Shown here: piece after piece, positions 8,148 to 18,715 of the stretch
Layout of the letters: each line of letters starts with the position of its first letter
How positions within the stretch are numbered: position 1 is the first letter of the stretch
Assembly (NCBI GenBank): GCA_045577395.1
Contig: JAZNIH010000077.1
Coordinates: forward strand, 13,651 to 77,650
Direction: 5' to 3'
DNA from: Acutalibacteraceae bacterium
Lineage (GTDB): Bacteria; Bacillota; Clostridia; Oscillospirales; Acutalibacteraceae
DNA length: 64,000 bases
Notes under the pieces: model-generated
What the model was told of the DNA's origin: nothing
The model's database searches: none
The model's input: only the letters and a program-made list of their open reading frames with translations
Program-made: the position numbers and the translations under genes

Positions 8148-10184
8148 GTGAACAGAAAAAAATGGTGTCTGAGAGACATAGATAAGGAGCTTGCATCCGA
8201 TATTGCAGCCGAGTACGGAATCGACCCCTTTGCCGCACTCCTGCTTGTTTCAAGGGGAGTTGTTGACGAGTATGAAATCAGCGAGTTTTTTGCGGAAGAG
8301 CCTATGCTTTGCGACCCCTTTGACATAATTGATATGGATAAGGCCTGCGCAAGAATCAGAAAAGCTATTGACGGCGACGAGCTTATTGCGGTTTACGGCG
8401 ACTATGATGCCGACGGTGTGACCGCAACGGCTCTGCTTGCCTTATTTCTGCAGATGCAGGGCGCAAGAGTCATAACCTATATACCCGACAGAAGCAGTGA
8501 GGGCTACGGTCTTAATAAGGGTGCCGTTGAGCTGTTGAGCGCAAGGGGAGTAAACCTCATAGTTACCGTTGATAACGGTGTTTCCGCCGTGGAGGAGGCT
8601 GAGCTTATTTACAGCCTCGGAATGGAGCTCGTTATAACCGACCATCATAAGGTGCCCGATATTTTACCGCGTGCCGAGGCGGTTGTAGACCCTCACCGTA
8701 AGGATTGCCTTTGTGCTTTTACTCAGTGGGCGGGTGTAGGTGTTGCCTTCAAGCTCGCTTGTGCTCTTTGCGATGACGTCAGCGAGGTTATTTCCATGTT
8801 TGCCGACCTTGTGTGCATCGGTACTGTAGGTGACGTTGTTTCTCTTACCGGTGAAAACAGAGCTCTCGTCAAGGAAGGACTCAGGCTTATAAATTCAGAT
8901 AACAACACGGGCGTTTCCCGTCTTAAGGCGGTCGCCTCGGTTGACGATAAAGAAATAAATGCAGGCACCGTTGCCTTTTCTCTCGTGCCGAGAATCAACG
9001 CTATCGGCAGAACGGGTCACGCTTCAACAGCCCTTAATCTTCTTATGAGTGAGGACGAAGAAGTTGCAGGTGAGCTCGCTTCTGTGGTTAACAGTGCAAA
9101 TATAGAAAGACAGTCACTCGAAAAGGCTATCTATGAGGAAGCCATGGTGATGATACGTGAAAATCCCGATACGGTAAATAAAAGGGTGCTTATTTTCTGC
9201 GGTAAGGGCTGGCATGCAGGTGTTATCGGCATTGTCGCCGCAAGACTTACTCAGAAATACGGTAAGCCCTGCATTGTTATATCCGACGACGGTGAAAATG
9301 CAAAGGGCTCTGCAAGAAGCATAGAGGGCTTTTCTCTTTACGATGCGATTTCCTCTGCTTCTGAGCTGCTTACTCACTTCGGCGGCCACGTGCTTGCAGC
9401 GGGCTTCAGCCTTAAAAGTGAAAATCTGCCTGCGTTTTGTGAGGCAATCGAGCAATATGCGAAGACAGTTGAAATGCCCTTCCCCACGCTTGACATCGAC
9501 CTTCGTATCCGACCTGATTTTATCAGCGCCGACCTTCTCGGGGTTATTTCATCTCTTGAACCCTTCGGTGCGGGTAATCTTCAGCCGGTTTTCGGTCTTT
9601 ACGGTATGAAACTTTCTTCCGTGCAGCCTATCGGCGGCGGCAAGCACCTCAGACTCGGTCTTAAAAAGGGTAACTGCAATATTACGGGACTGCTTTTCTC
9701 TACCACACCTGATGAATTCCCGTATGTGAACGGTGACGTTATTGATCTTGCCGTAAAGCTTGAGAAAAACGAATATATGGGTCAGACAAGGGTAAGTATT
9801 TATATAAAAGAAATCCGTATGAGCTCAACGGATGATGAAAAATATCTCAGGAGTATCCGCTTGTATGAAAAGGTAAAAAGAGGGGACAGAATCACCAAAA
9901 ATCAGGCACAGTATCTTCTGCCTGAAAGAGAGCTTTTCGCCAATGTTTACCGCTTTATCAAGGAAAGGGGAGGCTGGCAGCACAGCACCGACGTTCTTTG
10001 CTATCGCATCGGTGACGACGGAGGCAATGCCTGCAAGGTGCTGATATGTATTGACGTCCTCTGTGAGCTCGGTATACTGAAGGTTACCGACGGAAAGGTT
10101 TTACTTGCAGATACAACCAGAAAGGTTAATCTTGACTCCTCAGCTATTCTGACAAGGCTCAGAAGCACCGAGGATGAAATATAA
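8148..10184 (+). CDS. recJ: Single-stranded-DNA-specific exonuclease RecJ
   Basis: DHH-family motifs GDYDADGV, DNG and ITDHH, plus a DHHA1 region with GGH. GTG start 7 nt after GGGGGA. Confidence 0.92.
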   Translation: MNRKKWCLRDIDKELASDIAAEYGIDPFAALLLVSRGVVDEYEISEFFAEEPMLCDPFDIIDMDKACARIRKAIDGDELIAVYGDYDADGVTATALLALFLQMQGARVITYIPDRSSEGYGLNKGAVELLSARGVNLIVTVDNGVSAVEEAELIYSLGMELVITDHHKVPDILPRAEAVVDPHRKDCLCAFTQWAGVGVAFKLACALCDDVSEVISMFADLVCIGTVGDVVSLTGENRALVKEGLRLINSDNNTGVSRLKAVASVDDKEINAGTVAFSLVPRINAIGRTGHASTALNLLMSEDEEVAGELASVVNSANIERQSLEKAIYEEAMVMIRENPDTVNKRVLIFCGKGWHAGVIGIVAARLTQKYGKPCIVISDDGENAKGSARSIEGFSLYDAISSASELLTHFGGHVLAAGFSLKSENLPAFCEAIEQYAKTVEMPFPTLDIDLRIRPDFISADLLGVISSLEPFGAGNLQPVFGLYGMKLSSVQPIGGGKHLRLGLKKGNCNITGLLFSTTPDEFPYVNGDVIDLAVKLEKNEYMGQTRVSIYIKEIRMSSTDDEKYLRSIRLYEKVKRGDRITKNQAQYLLPERELFANVYRFIKERGGWQHSTDVLCYRIGDDGGNACKVLICIDVLCELGILKVTDGKVLLADTTRKVNLDSSAILTRLRSTEDEI

Positions 10185-10202
10185 GGAAGGGAGAGATAAT
10201 AT

Positions 10203-12398
10203 ATGACAGAAGAATACAATGTCGGCTTTGACGAGCTTATGCAAAAGGTAGCTTCTCTTTTTAACGAGCAGGAAGCTCTTAAAATCAGAAAGGCATTTGA
10301 CATAGCTTATGATGCACATAAGGATCAGAAGCGCCGTTCGGGTGAGCCCTATATTATCCATCCCGTTGCCGTTGCAAAAATTCTTTGTGATATGGGTATG
10401 GATGCAGACTCCGTCTGTGCCGCACTGCTTCATGACGTTGTTGAGGATACGGAAATCAGCGACGAGGAAATCCGCAGGCTTTTCGGTAAGGATATAGAGC
10501 ATCTTGTCGAGGGCGTAACAAAGCTCGGTCAGATTCCACTTTCCGCAAGCAAGGAGGAGCAGCAGAGCGAAAACATAAGAAAGATGTTCCTTGCAATGAG
10601 CGAGGATATCAGAGTAATCATTATAAAGCTCGCTGACCGCCTTCACAATATGAGGACTCTTAAGTTTATGCCTGAGGAAAAAAGGCTTTATAAGGCTAAG
10701 GAGACCCTTGAAATCTATGCTCCCATTGCTCACCGACTCGGTATCCGTGCCTTCAAGGAGGAGCTCGAGGATCTTGCAATCAGCTTTCTTGACCCGGTTG
10801 CATATAACGAAATTGCGGCAAATCTTGAAAATCAGATGCAGTCCCGACAGAGCTTTCTTGACACCATCAAAGCCGAAATCGGTGAAAGAGTACGTCATGA
10901 GGTACCCAACGTCCACATTGACGGACGAATCAAGTCTGTTCACGGTATTTACCGTAAAACCTATATGAAGGGTAAAACCTTTGACGAAATTTATGATATA
11001 TATGCAGTACGCCTTATTGTTGATTCGGTTTATGAGTGCTATTGCTGTCTTGGTGTTATCCACGATATGTATAACCCGCTTCCCGGACGCTTCAAGGATT
11101 ATATTTCAACCCCCAAGCCCAACATGTATCAGTCGCTTCATACCACCGTTATCGGTAAGTCAGGCGTTCCCTTTGAGGTTCAGATAAGAACGTGGGAAAT
11201 GCACCACACCGCTGAATACGGTATCGCCGCCCATTGGAAGTATAAGCTGGGTATGAGCGGTAAGGCAAAGTTCGAGGAAAAACTGTCATGGATAAGACAG
11301 CTTCTCGAAAATCAGAAGGAAAGCGACGATGTTGAGGATATTGTAAAAACTATCAAAACCGACTTTATTCCCGAAGAGGTATTTGCCTTCACACCCAAGG
11401 GTGACGTTGTAAGCCTGCCTATGGGCTCGTGTATTATCGACTTTGCTTATGCTATTCATTCAGGCGTCGGCAACAAGATGATAGGCGCAAAGGTTGACGG
11501 CAGAATCACGACCCTTGACCATAAGGTCAATAACGGTGAGATTATAGAAATTCTCACAACCTCCTCACGTGATAAGGGCCCGAGCCGTGACTGGCTTAAA
11601 ATTGCCCGCACCTCATCAGCAAGAACAAAAATCAAAAACTGGTTCAAAAAGGAAAAGCGTGAAGAGAATATCATCGAGGGTAAGGAGGAAGTTGACAGAG
11701 AGTTCAGACGTAACAATATTTCTCTCACAGATAAGCAGCTTCCCGATTTCTTATCCAAGTTTATTGAAAAATACCACTGTAATACAGTTGACGATTTCTA
11801 TGCGGCTATCGGCTACGGCGGCGTAAACCTTCAGAACATCATTCCGAGAATGAAGGAGGAGTATGCAAAGCTCGTCAAAGAGCTTCAGCCTCAGACACCC
11901 GTTCAACCGATTGTCACTCAGCCCAAAAAGACCGTAAAAAGTCCTGAGGGTGTTATCGTTGAGGGCATCGACAACTGCCTTATCAAGTTTTCACGCTGCT
12001 GCGATCCTCTTCCCGGTGACGAGGTTATCGGCTTTATAACAAGAGGTCACGGCGTATCGATTCATACACGCAGATGCACCAACGTGCCCAAGGATATTTC
12101 AAAGTGCGCCGAGCCTGAAAGATGGATAAACGCCTATTGGGATACCAAAACTCAGAATTCCTACAGGGTAACGCTTGCTGTAACCTGCATTGACCGTATG
12201 GGTATGCTTGCAGATCTTTCTGCGGTTATTGCAAATATGCACGTTATGATTCATTCAATCTTTACCAAGGACACCAATGACGGCAGATCTACTATCTATA
12301 TGACAATCACCGTCAACGGTACTGAGCATATGGCAAGCGTCTGTGAAAAGCTCAGAAAGGTCAAGGGTGTTCTTTCCACAGAGCGCTCGGGTCTTTGA
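10203..12398 (+). CDS. relA: Bifunctional (p)ppGpp synthetase/hydrolase (RelA/SpoT homologue)
   Basis: HD hydrolase motif HDVVEDT, synthetase region DYISTPKPNMYQSLHTTV, TGS and C-terminal ACT-like domains. recJ-relA-dtd synteny as in Bacillus. Confidence 0.95.
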   Translation: MTEEYNVGFDELMQKVASLFNEQEALKIRKAFDIAYDAHKDQKRRSGEPYIIHPVAVAKILCDMGMDADSVCAALLHDVVEDTEISDEEIRRLFGKDIEHLVEGVTKLGQIPLSASKEEQQSENIRKMFLAMSEDIRVIIIKLADRLHNMRTLKFMPEEKRLYKAKETLEIYAPIAHRLGIRAFKEELEDLAISFLDPVAYNEIAANLENQMQSRQSFLDTIKAEIGERVRHEVPNVHIDGRIKSVHGIYRKTYMKGKTFDEIYDIYAVRLIVDSVYECYCCLGVIHDMYNPLPGRFKDYISTPKPNMYQSLHTTVIGKSGVPFEVQIRTWEMHHTAEYGIAAHWKYKLGMSGKAKFEEKLSWIRQLLENQKESDDVEDIVKTIKTDFIPEEVFAFTPKGDVVSLPMGSCIIDFAYAIHSGVGNKMIGAKVDGRITTLDHKVNNGEIIEILTTSSRDKGPSRDWLKIARTSSARTKIKNWFKKEKREENIIEGKEEVDREFRRNNISLTDKQLPDFLSKFIEKYHCNTVDDFYAAIGYGGVNLQNIIPRMKEEYAKLVKELQPQTPVQPIVTQPKKTVKSPEGVIVEGIDNCLIKFSRCCDPLPGDEVIGFITRGHGVSIHTRRCTNVPKDISKCAEPERWINAYWDTKTQNSYRVTLAVTCIDRMGMLADLSAVIANMHVMIHSIFTKDTNDGRSTIYMTITVNGTEHMASVCEKLRKVKGVLSTERSGL

Positions 12399-12480
12399 TT
12401 CGTAACTTTGCAGGGGAGAGTCTCTGCACTCTCCCGTCGGATATTTAAACTAAAATTATAATAAAAAAGGATAATTACTT

Positions 12481-12936
12481 ATGAAAGCAGTTATACAGAG
12501 AGTTTCAAGAGCCTCAGTAACGGTTGACGGTGAAATCACGGGTGAAATCGGTAAGGGCTTTCTTGTGCTTTTAGGCGTTGTTGACGGTGATACCGAAGCG
12601 GAAATGAAGCTTCTTGCAAAAAAGGTTGCGGAAATCCGTATTTTCACCGACGAAAACGATAAAATGAATCTTTCACTCGATAAGGTTGACGGAGAGGTAC
12701 TTGTTGTTTCACAGTTCACTCTTTGTGCTGATATTTCCCACGGCAGAAGACCCTCATTCATAGGCTCTGCACCGCCGAAGATTGCCAATGAGCTTTACGA
12801 AGCCTTCTGTGAAGAGCTGAGAGTCTTAGGCGTTAAAAAGGTCGCACAAGGCATTTTCGGCGCAGAAATGAAGGTTGAGCTTCTCAACGACGGCCCCGTT
12901 ACTATCATAATGGATACTGACGTCTGGAAAAAATAA
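12481..12936 (+). CDS. dtd: D-aminoacyl-tRNA deacylase
   Basis: MKAVIQRV N-terminus, SQFTL and GPVTI motifs, about 150 aa. Confidence 0.93.
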   Translation: MKAVIQRVSRASVTVDGEITGEIGKGFLVLLGVVDGDTEAEMKLLAKKVAEIRIFTDENDKMNLSLDKVDGEVLVVSQFTLCADISHGRRPSFIGSAPPKIANELYEAFCEELRVLGVKKVAQGIFGAEMKVELLNDGPVTIIMDTDVWKK

Positions 12937-12962
12937 CAGCTTCTGATTTTAAGGAGGTTACT

Positions 12963-13595
12963 ATGTCTCTTTTAGTTAAAAAATTTGCACCTCCTATGGT
13001 CGCATCCAACAGCTATATTATCAAGGATACTGTCAGCGGTGAAGCGGCAGTTATTGATGCGGGTGTTTTCAATAACAGATTTGAAGCACTTATAAGGTCG
13101 ATGAATATTGAAAAGCTTAAGTATATTCTTCTCACTCACGGTCATTTTGACCACATTATGGGTGTGAAAAGGCTTCAGAAGACCTTTGGCGGAGAAATCG
13201 TTATTCATCAGGCCGATGCGGACTGTCTTTCTGACAGCAGAAAGAGCCTTGCGGGTGTATTAGGCTTTGCCTGTCCGCCCTTTGAGTGCGATATGACTGT
13301 CAGCGACGGAGATATTCTTGCCCTCGGTGAGGAAAAAATAGAGGTTATTTCTACTCCCGGTCATACCGTAGGAAGCGTGTGCTACAAAACGGATAAATAT
13401 ATTTTTTCAGGTGATACTCTTTTTAACAGAGGTATAGGCAGAACAGACTTCCCCGGCGGAAGCATGGAGGAAATCCTCACTTCAATTAAAAAGCTTTATG
13501 CTTTTGAGGGTGACTACAGAGTCTGCCCCGGTCACGGCGATGAAACAATCCTCAGCTTTGAAAGAGAAAATAATCCATATACAAGAGGTCTTTAA
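12963..13595 (+). CDS. MBL-fold metallo-hydrolase (glyoxalase II-like)
   Basis: HGHFDH metal-binding motif, downstream TPGHT and GDTLF motifs, about 210 aa. Confidence 0.85.
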   Translation: MSLLVKKFAPPMVASNSYIIKDTVSGEAAVIDAGVFNNRFEALIRSMNIEKLKYILLTHGHFDHIMGVKRLQKTFGGEIVIHQADADCLSDSRKSLAGVLGFACPPFECDMTVSDGDILALGEEKIEVISTPGHTVGSVCYKTDKYIFSGDTLFNRGIGRTDFPGGSMEEILTSIKKLYAFEGDYRVCPGHGDETILSFERENNPYTRGL

Positions 13596-13596
13596 A

Positions 13597-15069
13597 ATGC
13601 ACCTTATAATCAGAAACCATAAATTCCAATATGAAACAGAAAATCTTTTAAGAGTCTTTTTCCCCGAAAAGCTTACTGTAAGCGAGGAGATTCCCGAGGA
13701 AGGGGATTACTGCTGTACGGAGCTTGACGGCTCTCTCGTTACGGTTAAAATCCGTATCGGAGAAAAGGAGCTTGCTCAAAGCAGAGAATACTCTTTTGAC
13801 GATAAAGTGAATGATGAAACTGATGAGGCTTTTCTCGAAAGAAAGCTTGCACTTCAGATGTTTGAGCTTCTTACGCAGGCTACGGGCTATAAGCCGCCCT
13901 GGGGTATACTCACGGGTGTCAGACCGGCAAAGCTTATGAGTAATCTTATCCGCCGCTACGGTGAGCTCTGGACCCTTCCCTATTTCATCAATGAGCTTCA
14001 GGTCAGCGAGGAAAAGACGAAGCTTGCCCTGAGTGTTGCATATAAGGAGGAGGATATAACCGAGACCTCACGTCCCGATTCCTGTTCTCTTTATATTTCG
14101 GTGCCCTTCTGCCCGACAAGATGCAGCTATTGCTCATTTATATCCCACTCAAATGAAAGTGCAAAAAAGCTTATTCCTCAGTATGTTGAAAAGCTTTGCG
14201 AGGAGCTCAGAATAACCGCACGTATTGCCGCAGAGCTCAGCTTAAGGCTCGAGAGCATTTATATAGGCGGCGGTACTCCCACGGTGCTCACCGCTTCTCA
14301 GCTCAAGGCAGTTACAGATACCGTCAGCGAATGCTTTGACCTTTCTTCTGTAAAGGAATACACCGTTGAGGCGGGCAGACCCGACTGTACCGACGAAGAA
14401 AAGCTTAAGGTTTTAAGGGAGTGCGGATGTACAAGAATCAGCATAAACCCCCAGACCTTCAATGATAACGTGCTTGAGGCTATAGGCAGAAACCACACCT
14501 CACAGATGACCGTTGACTGCTACAACAAGGCGAGAGAGCTGGGCTTTGATAATATCAATATGGATCTGATTGCAGGACTTCCCTCAGATACGGTTGAATC
14601 CTTTGAGGAAAGCTTACGCAAGGCGATTGCGATGAACCCCGAAAATATCACCGTACACACCCTTGCACTCAAGCGCTCGTCAAATATTGTCACCGAAAGC
14701 AGAAAGACGAACTCAGCCTTTGCGGTAACGGAAATGCTTGAAAGAACACAGCCTCTGCTTCTTAAGGCAGGCTATTATCCTTATTATATGTACCGTCAGA
14801 GCAAGTGTCTTGGCAACCTTGAAAACGTGGGCTGGGCAAAGCAGGGCAAGGATTGTCTTTACAACGTCTATATGATGGAGGAGTGTCATACCGTTCTTGC
14901 TGTCGGTGCAGGTGCGGTAATCAAGCTCAAGTCTCCCGAGGGACCCGAAATTGAGCGTATATTCAACTATAAATATCCTTACGAATACATAAGCGGCTTT
15001 GACGAAATAGTAAGACGTAAGGAATATATAAGTGAGTTTTACAGAAAATTTACCGCCTCAGACTGCTGA
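13597..15069 (+). CDS. hemZ: HemZ-like radical SAM coproporphyrinogen dehydrogenase family protein
   Basis: CxxxCxxC radical SAM motif CPTRCSYCSF within a HemN/HemZ-like architecture. ATG 13597 sits just after the upstream stop codon. The 13498 ORF extension overlaps the previous gene and is rejected. Confidence 0.78.
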   Translation: MHLIIRNHKFQYETENLLRVFFPEKLTVSEEIPEEGDYCCTELDGSLVTVKIRIGEKELAQSREYSFDDKVNDETDEAFLERKLALQMFELLTQATGYKPPWGILTGVRPAKLMSNLIRRYGELWTLPYFINELQVSEEKTKLALSVAYKEEDITETSRPDSCSLYISVPFCPTRCSYCSFISHSNESAKKLIPQYVEKLCEELRITARIAAELSLRLESIYIGGGTPTVLTASQLKAVTDTVSECFDLSSVKEYTVEAGRPDCTDEEKLKVLRECGCTRISINPQTFNDNVLEAIGRNHTSQMTVDCYNKARELGFDNINMDLIAGLPSDTVESFEESLRKAIAMNPENITVHTLALKRSSNIVTESRKTNSAFAVTEMLERTQPLLLKAGYYPYYMYRQSKCLGNLENVGWAKQGKDCLYNVYMMEECHTVLAVGAGAVIKLKSPEGPEIERIFNYKYPYEYISGFDEIVRRKEYISEFYRKFTASDC

Positions 15070-15147
15070 TACCCTTGACGGCGGAATAACAATAGTATAT
15101 ACTACAATGCGGCGCTGACGCCTTAAAATCTTAAAGGAGATGATGAT

Positions 15148-16914
15148 GTGGCAGAAAGAAAGAAGCAGTCCCTTCTTACGGGTGCAGGAGTTCTTGCCAT
15201 TGCGACCATACTTGTCAAGCTTATAGGTGCGGTCTTTAAAATTCCCATAAACAACCTTCTCGGTACAGAGGGCTACGGATATTTCACAGGAGCCTATGCG
15301 GTTTATACACCGCTTTATGCAATTTCCATGGCGGGTCTTCCCGTTGCCGTTTCAAAGCTCGTTTCACAGAATATGGAGCTTGGCAGAATCAAGGATGCAA
15401 AGGCTATTTTCAAGGTGGCACAGAAGATGTTCTTCCTTGTGGGCGTAGTCGGTATGCTTGTTCTTATGGCTATTGCCGTTCCTTATTCAACCATCAACGA
15501 GGCACCGATGAATTACATAAGTATTTTCGCCGTTGCTCCCTGTGTTCTTTTCTGCTGTATGATGTCCTCCTTCAGAGGCTATTACGAGGGTCTTAACAAT
15601 ATGACCCCCACAGGTGTATCTCAGGTTATCGAGGCTCTTGTGAAGCTTATTTTCGGTCTGAGTGCCACCTTTGTGTTTATGAAGGCTACAGTTTCTCATT
15701 ATGAGAAAAATGCAGTTGACGGAGTAATGAAGCTTTTCGGCGTTGAGGTCACAAACGAGGCTGAGGCACTCGCAGCAATTTATCCTTATGCGGCGGCGGT
15801 CGCTATTCTCGGTGTTACTCTCGGCTCAGCCTTCGGTCTTGTATATCTTTATATCAGATATAAGAGAAAGGGCTTCGGCTTTACAAGAGAGGAGCTCGTA
15901 AACTCACCCGAGGCTAACAGTAACAAGAATATTATGAAGGCACTTCTTGCCATTTCAATACCTGTTGCGGCGGCATCTCTTGTTACAAATATCAGTAACC
16001 TTATTGACGATATCACAATCAGAAGCAGACTTGTAACTGCGCTCAGCGAGGGCTTCGATGTCGTTAAGGGTATGTATCTTGACACCCTTACAGTTGACAA
16101 AACCCTCGACGAAAATATTTCCACATATCTTTACGGTATGCACGGCTCTGTTATTAATATTAAAAACCTTATTCCCTCACTTACACTTGTGCTCGGCATA
16201 AGCGCCATCCCCGTGCTTTCAAAGGCATGGACGGCTAAGAATAAGCAGGATATCAAGGTTTGCATCGAATCAGCACTCAGAGTTGCAATGCTTGTGGCTA
16301 TGCCTGCAGGTGTCGGTATAGCGGTTCTTTCCGAGCCTATACTCAACCTTCTTTACGGCAGCGGAAACGAGTATTTTGCTCCCTCAGCGGCATTTATGAT
16401 GACAGTATACGGTCTTGCGGTGCCTCTGTTTGCTCTTGCTTCACCTCTTACAAATATGCTTCAGGCTGTAGGCAAAACCAAGGTGCCCATCGTGACGATG
16501 CTTATCGGCGGTGTTATCAAGGTTACACTTAACTTTATTCTTATTGCCAACCCCGAAATCAACATTAAGGGTGCCTGCATCAGCTCAACGGTATGCTACG
16601 TCGTTATGGTTGTTATAAACATCCTGCAGCTTACAAGAGCAGCGGGTGTAAAGCTTAACTATAAGTCAGTCTTTGTAAAGCCCTTTATCGCATCTCTTTT
16701 CTGCGGTCTCGGTGCATTCCTCGGCAACTACCTTCTCGTTGACGTTATGGGTATTCAGAGCCGTCTTACAACCATCATTGCCGTGTGCTGCGGCGGTGCA
16801 TTTTATGTTGCCTCCATACTTCTCGTCAAGGGTATTGCAAAAGATGATGTTTTAATGCTTCCAAAGGGCGAAAAAATTGCAAAAGTCCTTGCAAAATTTG
16901 GAATTTTAGGGTAA
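15148..16914 (+). CDS. MOP-superfamily flippase (YabM / SpoVB / MurJ-like polysaccharide biosynthesis protein)
   Basis: About 14 predicted TM segments. Occupies the yabM position immediately upstream of mazG (yabN). GTG start 8 nt after AAAGGAG. Confidence 0.8.
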   Translation: MAERKKQSLLTGAGVLAIATILVKLIGAVFKIPINNLLGTEGYGYFTGAYAVYTPLYAISMAGLPVAVSKLVSQNMELGRIKDAKAIFKVAQKMFFLVGVVGMLVLMAIAVPYSTINEAPMNYISIFAVAPCVLFCCMMSSFRGYYEGLNNMTPTGVSQVIEALVKLIFGLSATFVFMKATVSHYEKNAVDGVMKLFGVEVTNEAEALAAIYPYAAAVAILGVTLGSAFGLVYLYIRYKRKGFGFTREELVNSPEANSNKNIMKALLAISIPVAAASLVTNISNLIDDITIRSRLVTALSEGFDVVKGMYLDTLTVDKTLDENISTYLYGMHGSVINIKNLIPSLTLVLGISAIPVLSKAWTAKNKQDIKVCIESALRVAMLVAMPAGVGIAVLSEPILNLLYGSGNEYFAPSAAFMMTVYGLAVPLFALASPLTNMLQAVGKTKVPIVTMLIGGVIKVTLNFILIANPEINIKGACISSTVCYVVMVVINILQLTRAAGVKLNYKSVFVKPFIASLFCGLGAFLGNYLLVDVMGIQSRLTTIIAVCCGGAFYVASILLVKGIAKDDVLMLPKGEKIAKVLAKFGILG

Positions 16915-16936
16915 AATAGTCGTATGAGGTTTTTTT

Positions 16937-17749
16937 ATGACAGATTTTAATTTTAAGGATAAATATTCCATTGAGGATCTGCTTGAAATAATGAAGATTT
17001 TACGTGCTCCCGGCGGTTGCCCCTGGGATGCGGAGCAGACCCACGAGAGTATAAAAAAGGATTTCATTGAAGAGACCTACGAGGTTATTGAGGCTATCAA
17101 TAAAAACGACAAGACTCTTCTTGAGGAGGAGCTTGGCGACTCACTTCTTCAGGTTGTCTTCCATTGTGAGATTGAAAGAGCAGAGGGCTCCTTTGATTTC
17201 TCAGACGTAACCGACGGAATCTGTAAAAAGCTCATTGAACGCCATCCTCACGTTTTCGGCGAGGTAAAGGTTTCAAATACCGACGAGGTGCTTTCAAACT
17301 GGGACGATATCAAGCGTAAGAGCAAGAATCAGAAAACTCAGGGCAGCTCAATGCTCAAGGTACCCAAGGAGCTTCCCGCTCTTATGAGAGCGCAGAAGAT
17401 TCAGTCCAAGGCTAAAAAAGCAGGCTTTGACTGGGACGATATGAGTGGAGCCTTTGATGCACTCGAAAGTGAAATCAGGGAGCTTAAGCAGGCAATCAAT
17501 GAAAAAAATCAGGAATATATCGAGGAGGAGCTCGGAGACGTGCTTTTCTCAGCGGTCAATATTTCAAGGTTTATCGGTGTTGATTCCGAAGAAGCTCTTA
17601 CGAAATCGAACGAAAAATTTATAACACGCTTCCTTGAGGTCGAAAGACTTGCTCAGGAAAGAGGCATCGATATGAAAAACACGCCTATCGATGAGCTTGA
17701 CGAGCTGTGGAAGGAAGCAAAAAACAACTTAGTATCCAATCGGGAATAA
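16937..17749 (+). CDS. mazG: Nucleoside triphosphate pyrophosphohydrolase MazG (tandem MazG domains)
   Basis: Two EExGD motifs (EELGDSLLQ and EELGDVLFS). Typical [10 protein letters not shown]-terminus. Confidence 0.9.
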   Translation: MTDFNFKDKYSIEDLLEIMKILRAPGGCPWDAEQTHESIKKDFIEETYEVIEAINKNDKTLLEEELGDSLLQVVFHCEIERAEGSFDFSDVTDGICKKLIERHPHVFGEVKVSNTDEVLSNWDDIKRKSKNQKTQGSSMLKVPKELPALMRAQKIQSKAKKAGFDWDDMSGAFDALESEIRELKQAINEKNQEYIEEELGDVLFSAVNISRFIGVDSEEALTKSNEKFITRFLEVERLAQERGIDMKNTPIDELDELWKEAKNNLVSNRE

Positions 17750-17787
17750 TCCCGTGGAAAATAAAATTATCTATGGAGGATAAAACA

Positions 17788-18060
17788 ATGAATAAAACCG
17801 AACTTATCAGCGCAGTAGCAGCTAAGGCTGAAATCACAAAGAAGGACGCAGACAAGGCTGTAGCAGCAGTTCTCGCTTCAATCGAAGAAGCACTTGCAAA
17901 GGGTGAAAAGGTTCAGCTTATCGGCTTTGGTACCTTCGAGGTTAAGGAAAGAGCAGCAAGAACAGGTCACAACCCCCACACAGGTGCAGCAATCGAAATC
18001 GCAGCATCAAAGGTTCCTGCTTTCAAGGCAAGCTCAACTCTCAAGAACGCTGTAAAATAA
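17788..18060 (+). CDS. hup: DNA-binding protein HU
   Basis: MNKTELI N-terminus, GFGTFEV and RTGHNPHTG arm motifs, 90 aa. ATG 17788 has GGAGGA upstream. The longer ORF from 17707 overlaps mazG. Confidence 0.93.
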   Translation: MNKTELISAVAAKAEITKKDADKAVAAVLASIEEALAKGEKVQLIGFGTFEVKERAARTGHNPHTGAAIEIAASKVPAFKASSTLKNAVK

Positions 18061-18069
18061 TTACAGATA

Positions 18070-18101
18070 AGGGACTGCTTCACGGTGGTCCCTGATTTTT
18101 T
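18070..18101 (+). terminator. Rho-independent terminator after hup
   Basis: Stem AGGGAC / GTCCCT followed by GATTTTTT. Confidence 0.7.
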
Positions 18102-18110
18102 GGAGGTACT

Positions 18111-18353
18111 ATGAGACTTGACAAATACCTTAAGGTTTCACGCCTTATAAAAAGAAGAACTATCGCCAACGAGGTCTGCGATGCAAAACGAGTTACCGTC
18201 AACGGTAAGGTTGCAAGAGCCTCCTATGACGTGAAGGTCGGTGACGTTATCGAAATTCAGATGGGTGAAAATCTTCTTAAGGCTGAGGTGCTTATCGTAA
18301 CCGAGCACGCCACAAAAAACGATGCAGGGCTTATGTATAAGCTTATAAAGTAA
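18111..18353 (+). CDS. S4-domain RNA-binding protein (YabO/Hsp15-like)
   Basis: MRLDKYLKVSRLIKRRT S4 signature, 80 aa, in the yabO position. Confidence 0.85.
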   Translation: MRLDKYLKVSRLIKRRTIANEVCDAKRVTVNGKVARASYDVKVGDVIEIQMGENLLKAEVLIVTEHATKNDAGLMYKLIK

Positions 18354-18380
18354 TAATTTAACCGTAAAAGCAATACAATG

Positions 18381-18419
18381 GCAGAAGAGAGGAGTTTCTT
18401 TCTTCTGCTTATTTTTTTT
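18381..18419 (+). terminator. Rho-independent terminator
   Basis: Stem GCAGAAGA / TCTTCTGC followed by TTATTTTTTTT. Confidence 0.75.
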
Positions 18420-18433
18420 AGGGAGGTTTTTTT

Positions 18434-18715
18434 ATGAACGAAAACAAGGATAAGCTTATGATACCCCACAATCTGACGCTCAAAGAAAGAAGCAGCCTCA
18501 CAGTAACGGGTGTAACCGACGTTGATTCCTTTGACGAGGTTGCGGTTGTGGCATATACCGATATCGGAGAGCTGACGGTAAGAGGGGAGCAGCTTCATAT
18601 AAATAAGCTCAACACGGAAACGGGAGAGCTTTTCATCGAGGGTAAAATTTCGTCGCTGACTTATCTTGATGAGGAGCCGAGAAGCACGTCATTTTTTTCA
18701 AAGGTGTTCAGATGA
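18434..18715 (+). CDS. yabP: Sporulation protein YabP
   Basis: HNLTLKERSSLTVTGVTDVDSFDE matches the YabP family signature. Coupled to yabQ by an ATGA overlap. Confidence 0.85.
   Translation: MNENKDKLMIPHNLTLKERSSLTVTGVTDVDSFDEVAVVAYTDIGELTVRGEQLHINKLNTETGELFIEGKISSLTYLDEEPRSTSFFSKVFR

Noticed and set aside
6282-10184. RecQ helicase plus RecJ nuclease as a possible helicase/nuclease defence pair
   Set aside because: Both have full housekeeping architectures: RecQ with its Zn and HRDC regions, RecJ with DHH/DHHA1. They sit in the conserved recJ-relA-dtd context with no mobile or accessory flanks. They are ordinary recombination and repair genes.
10140-11063. 307-aa ORF on the minus strand
   Set aside because: It is entirely antisense to the well-supported relA gene, has no RBS, and its composition is typical of a shadow ORF produced by codon bias.
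13498-13596. Upstream extension of the HemZ-like ORF
   Set aside because: It overlaps the 3' end of the MBL hydrolase gene in another frame. ATG 13597 directly follows that gene's stop codon, and the conserved protein starts there.
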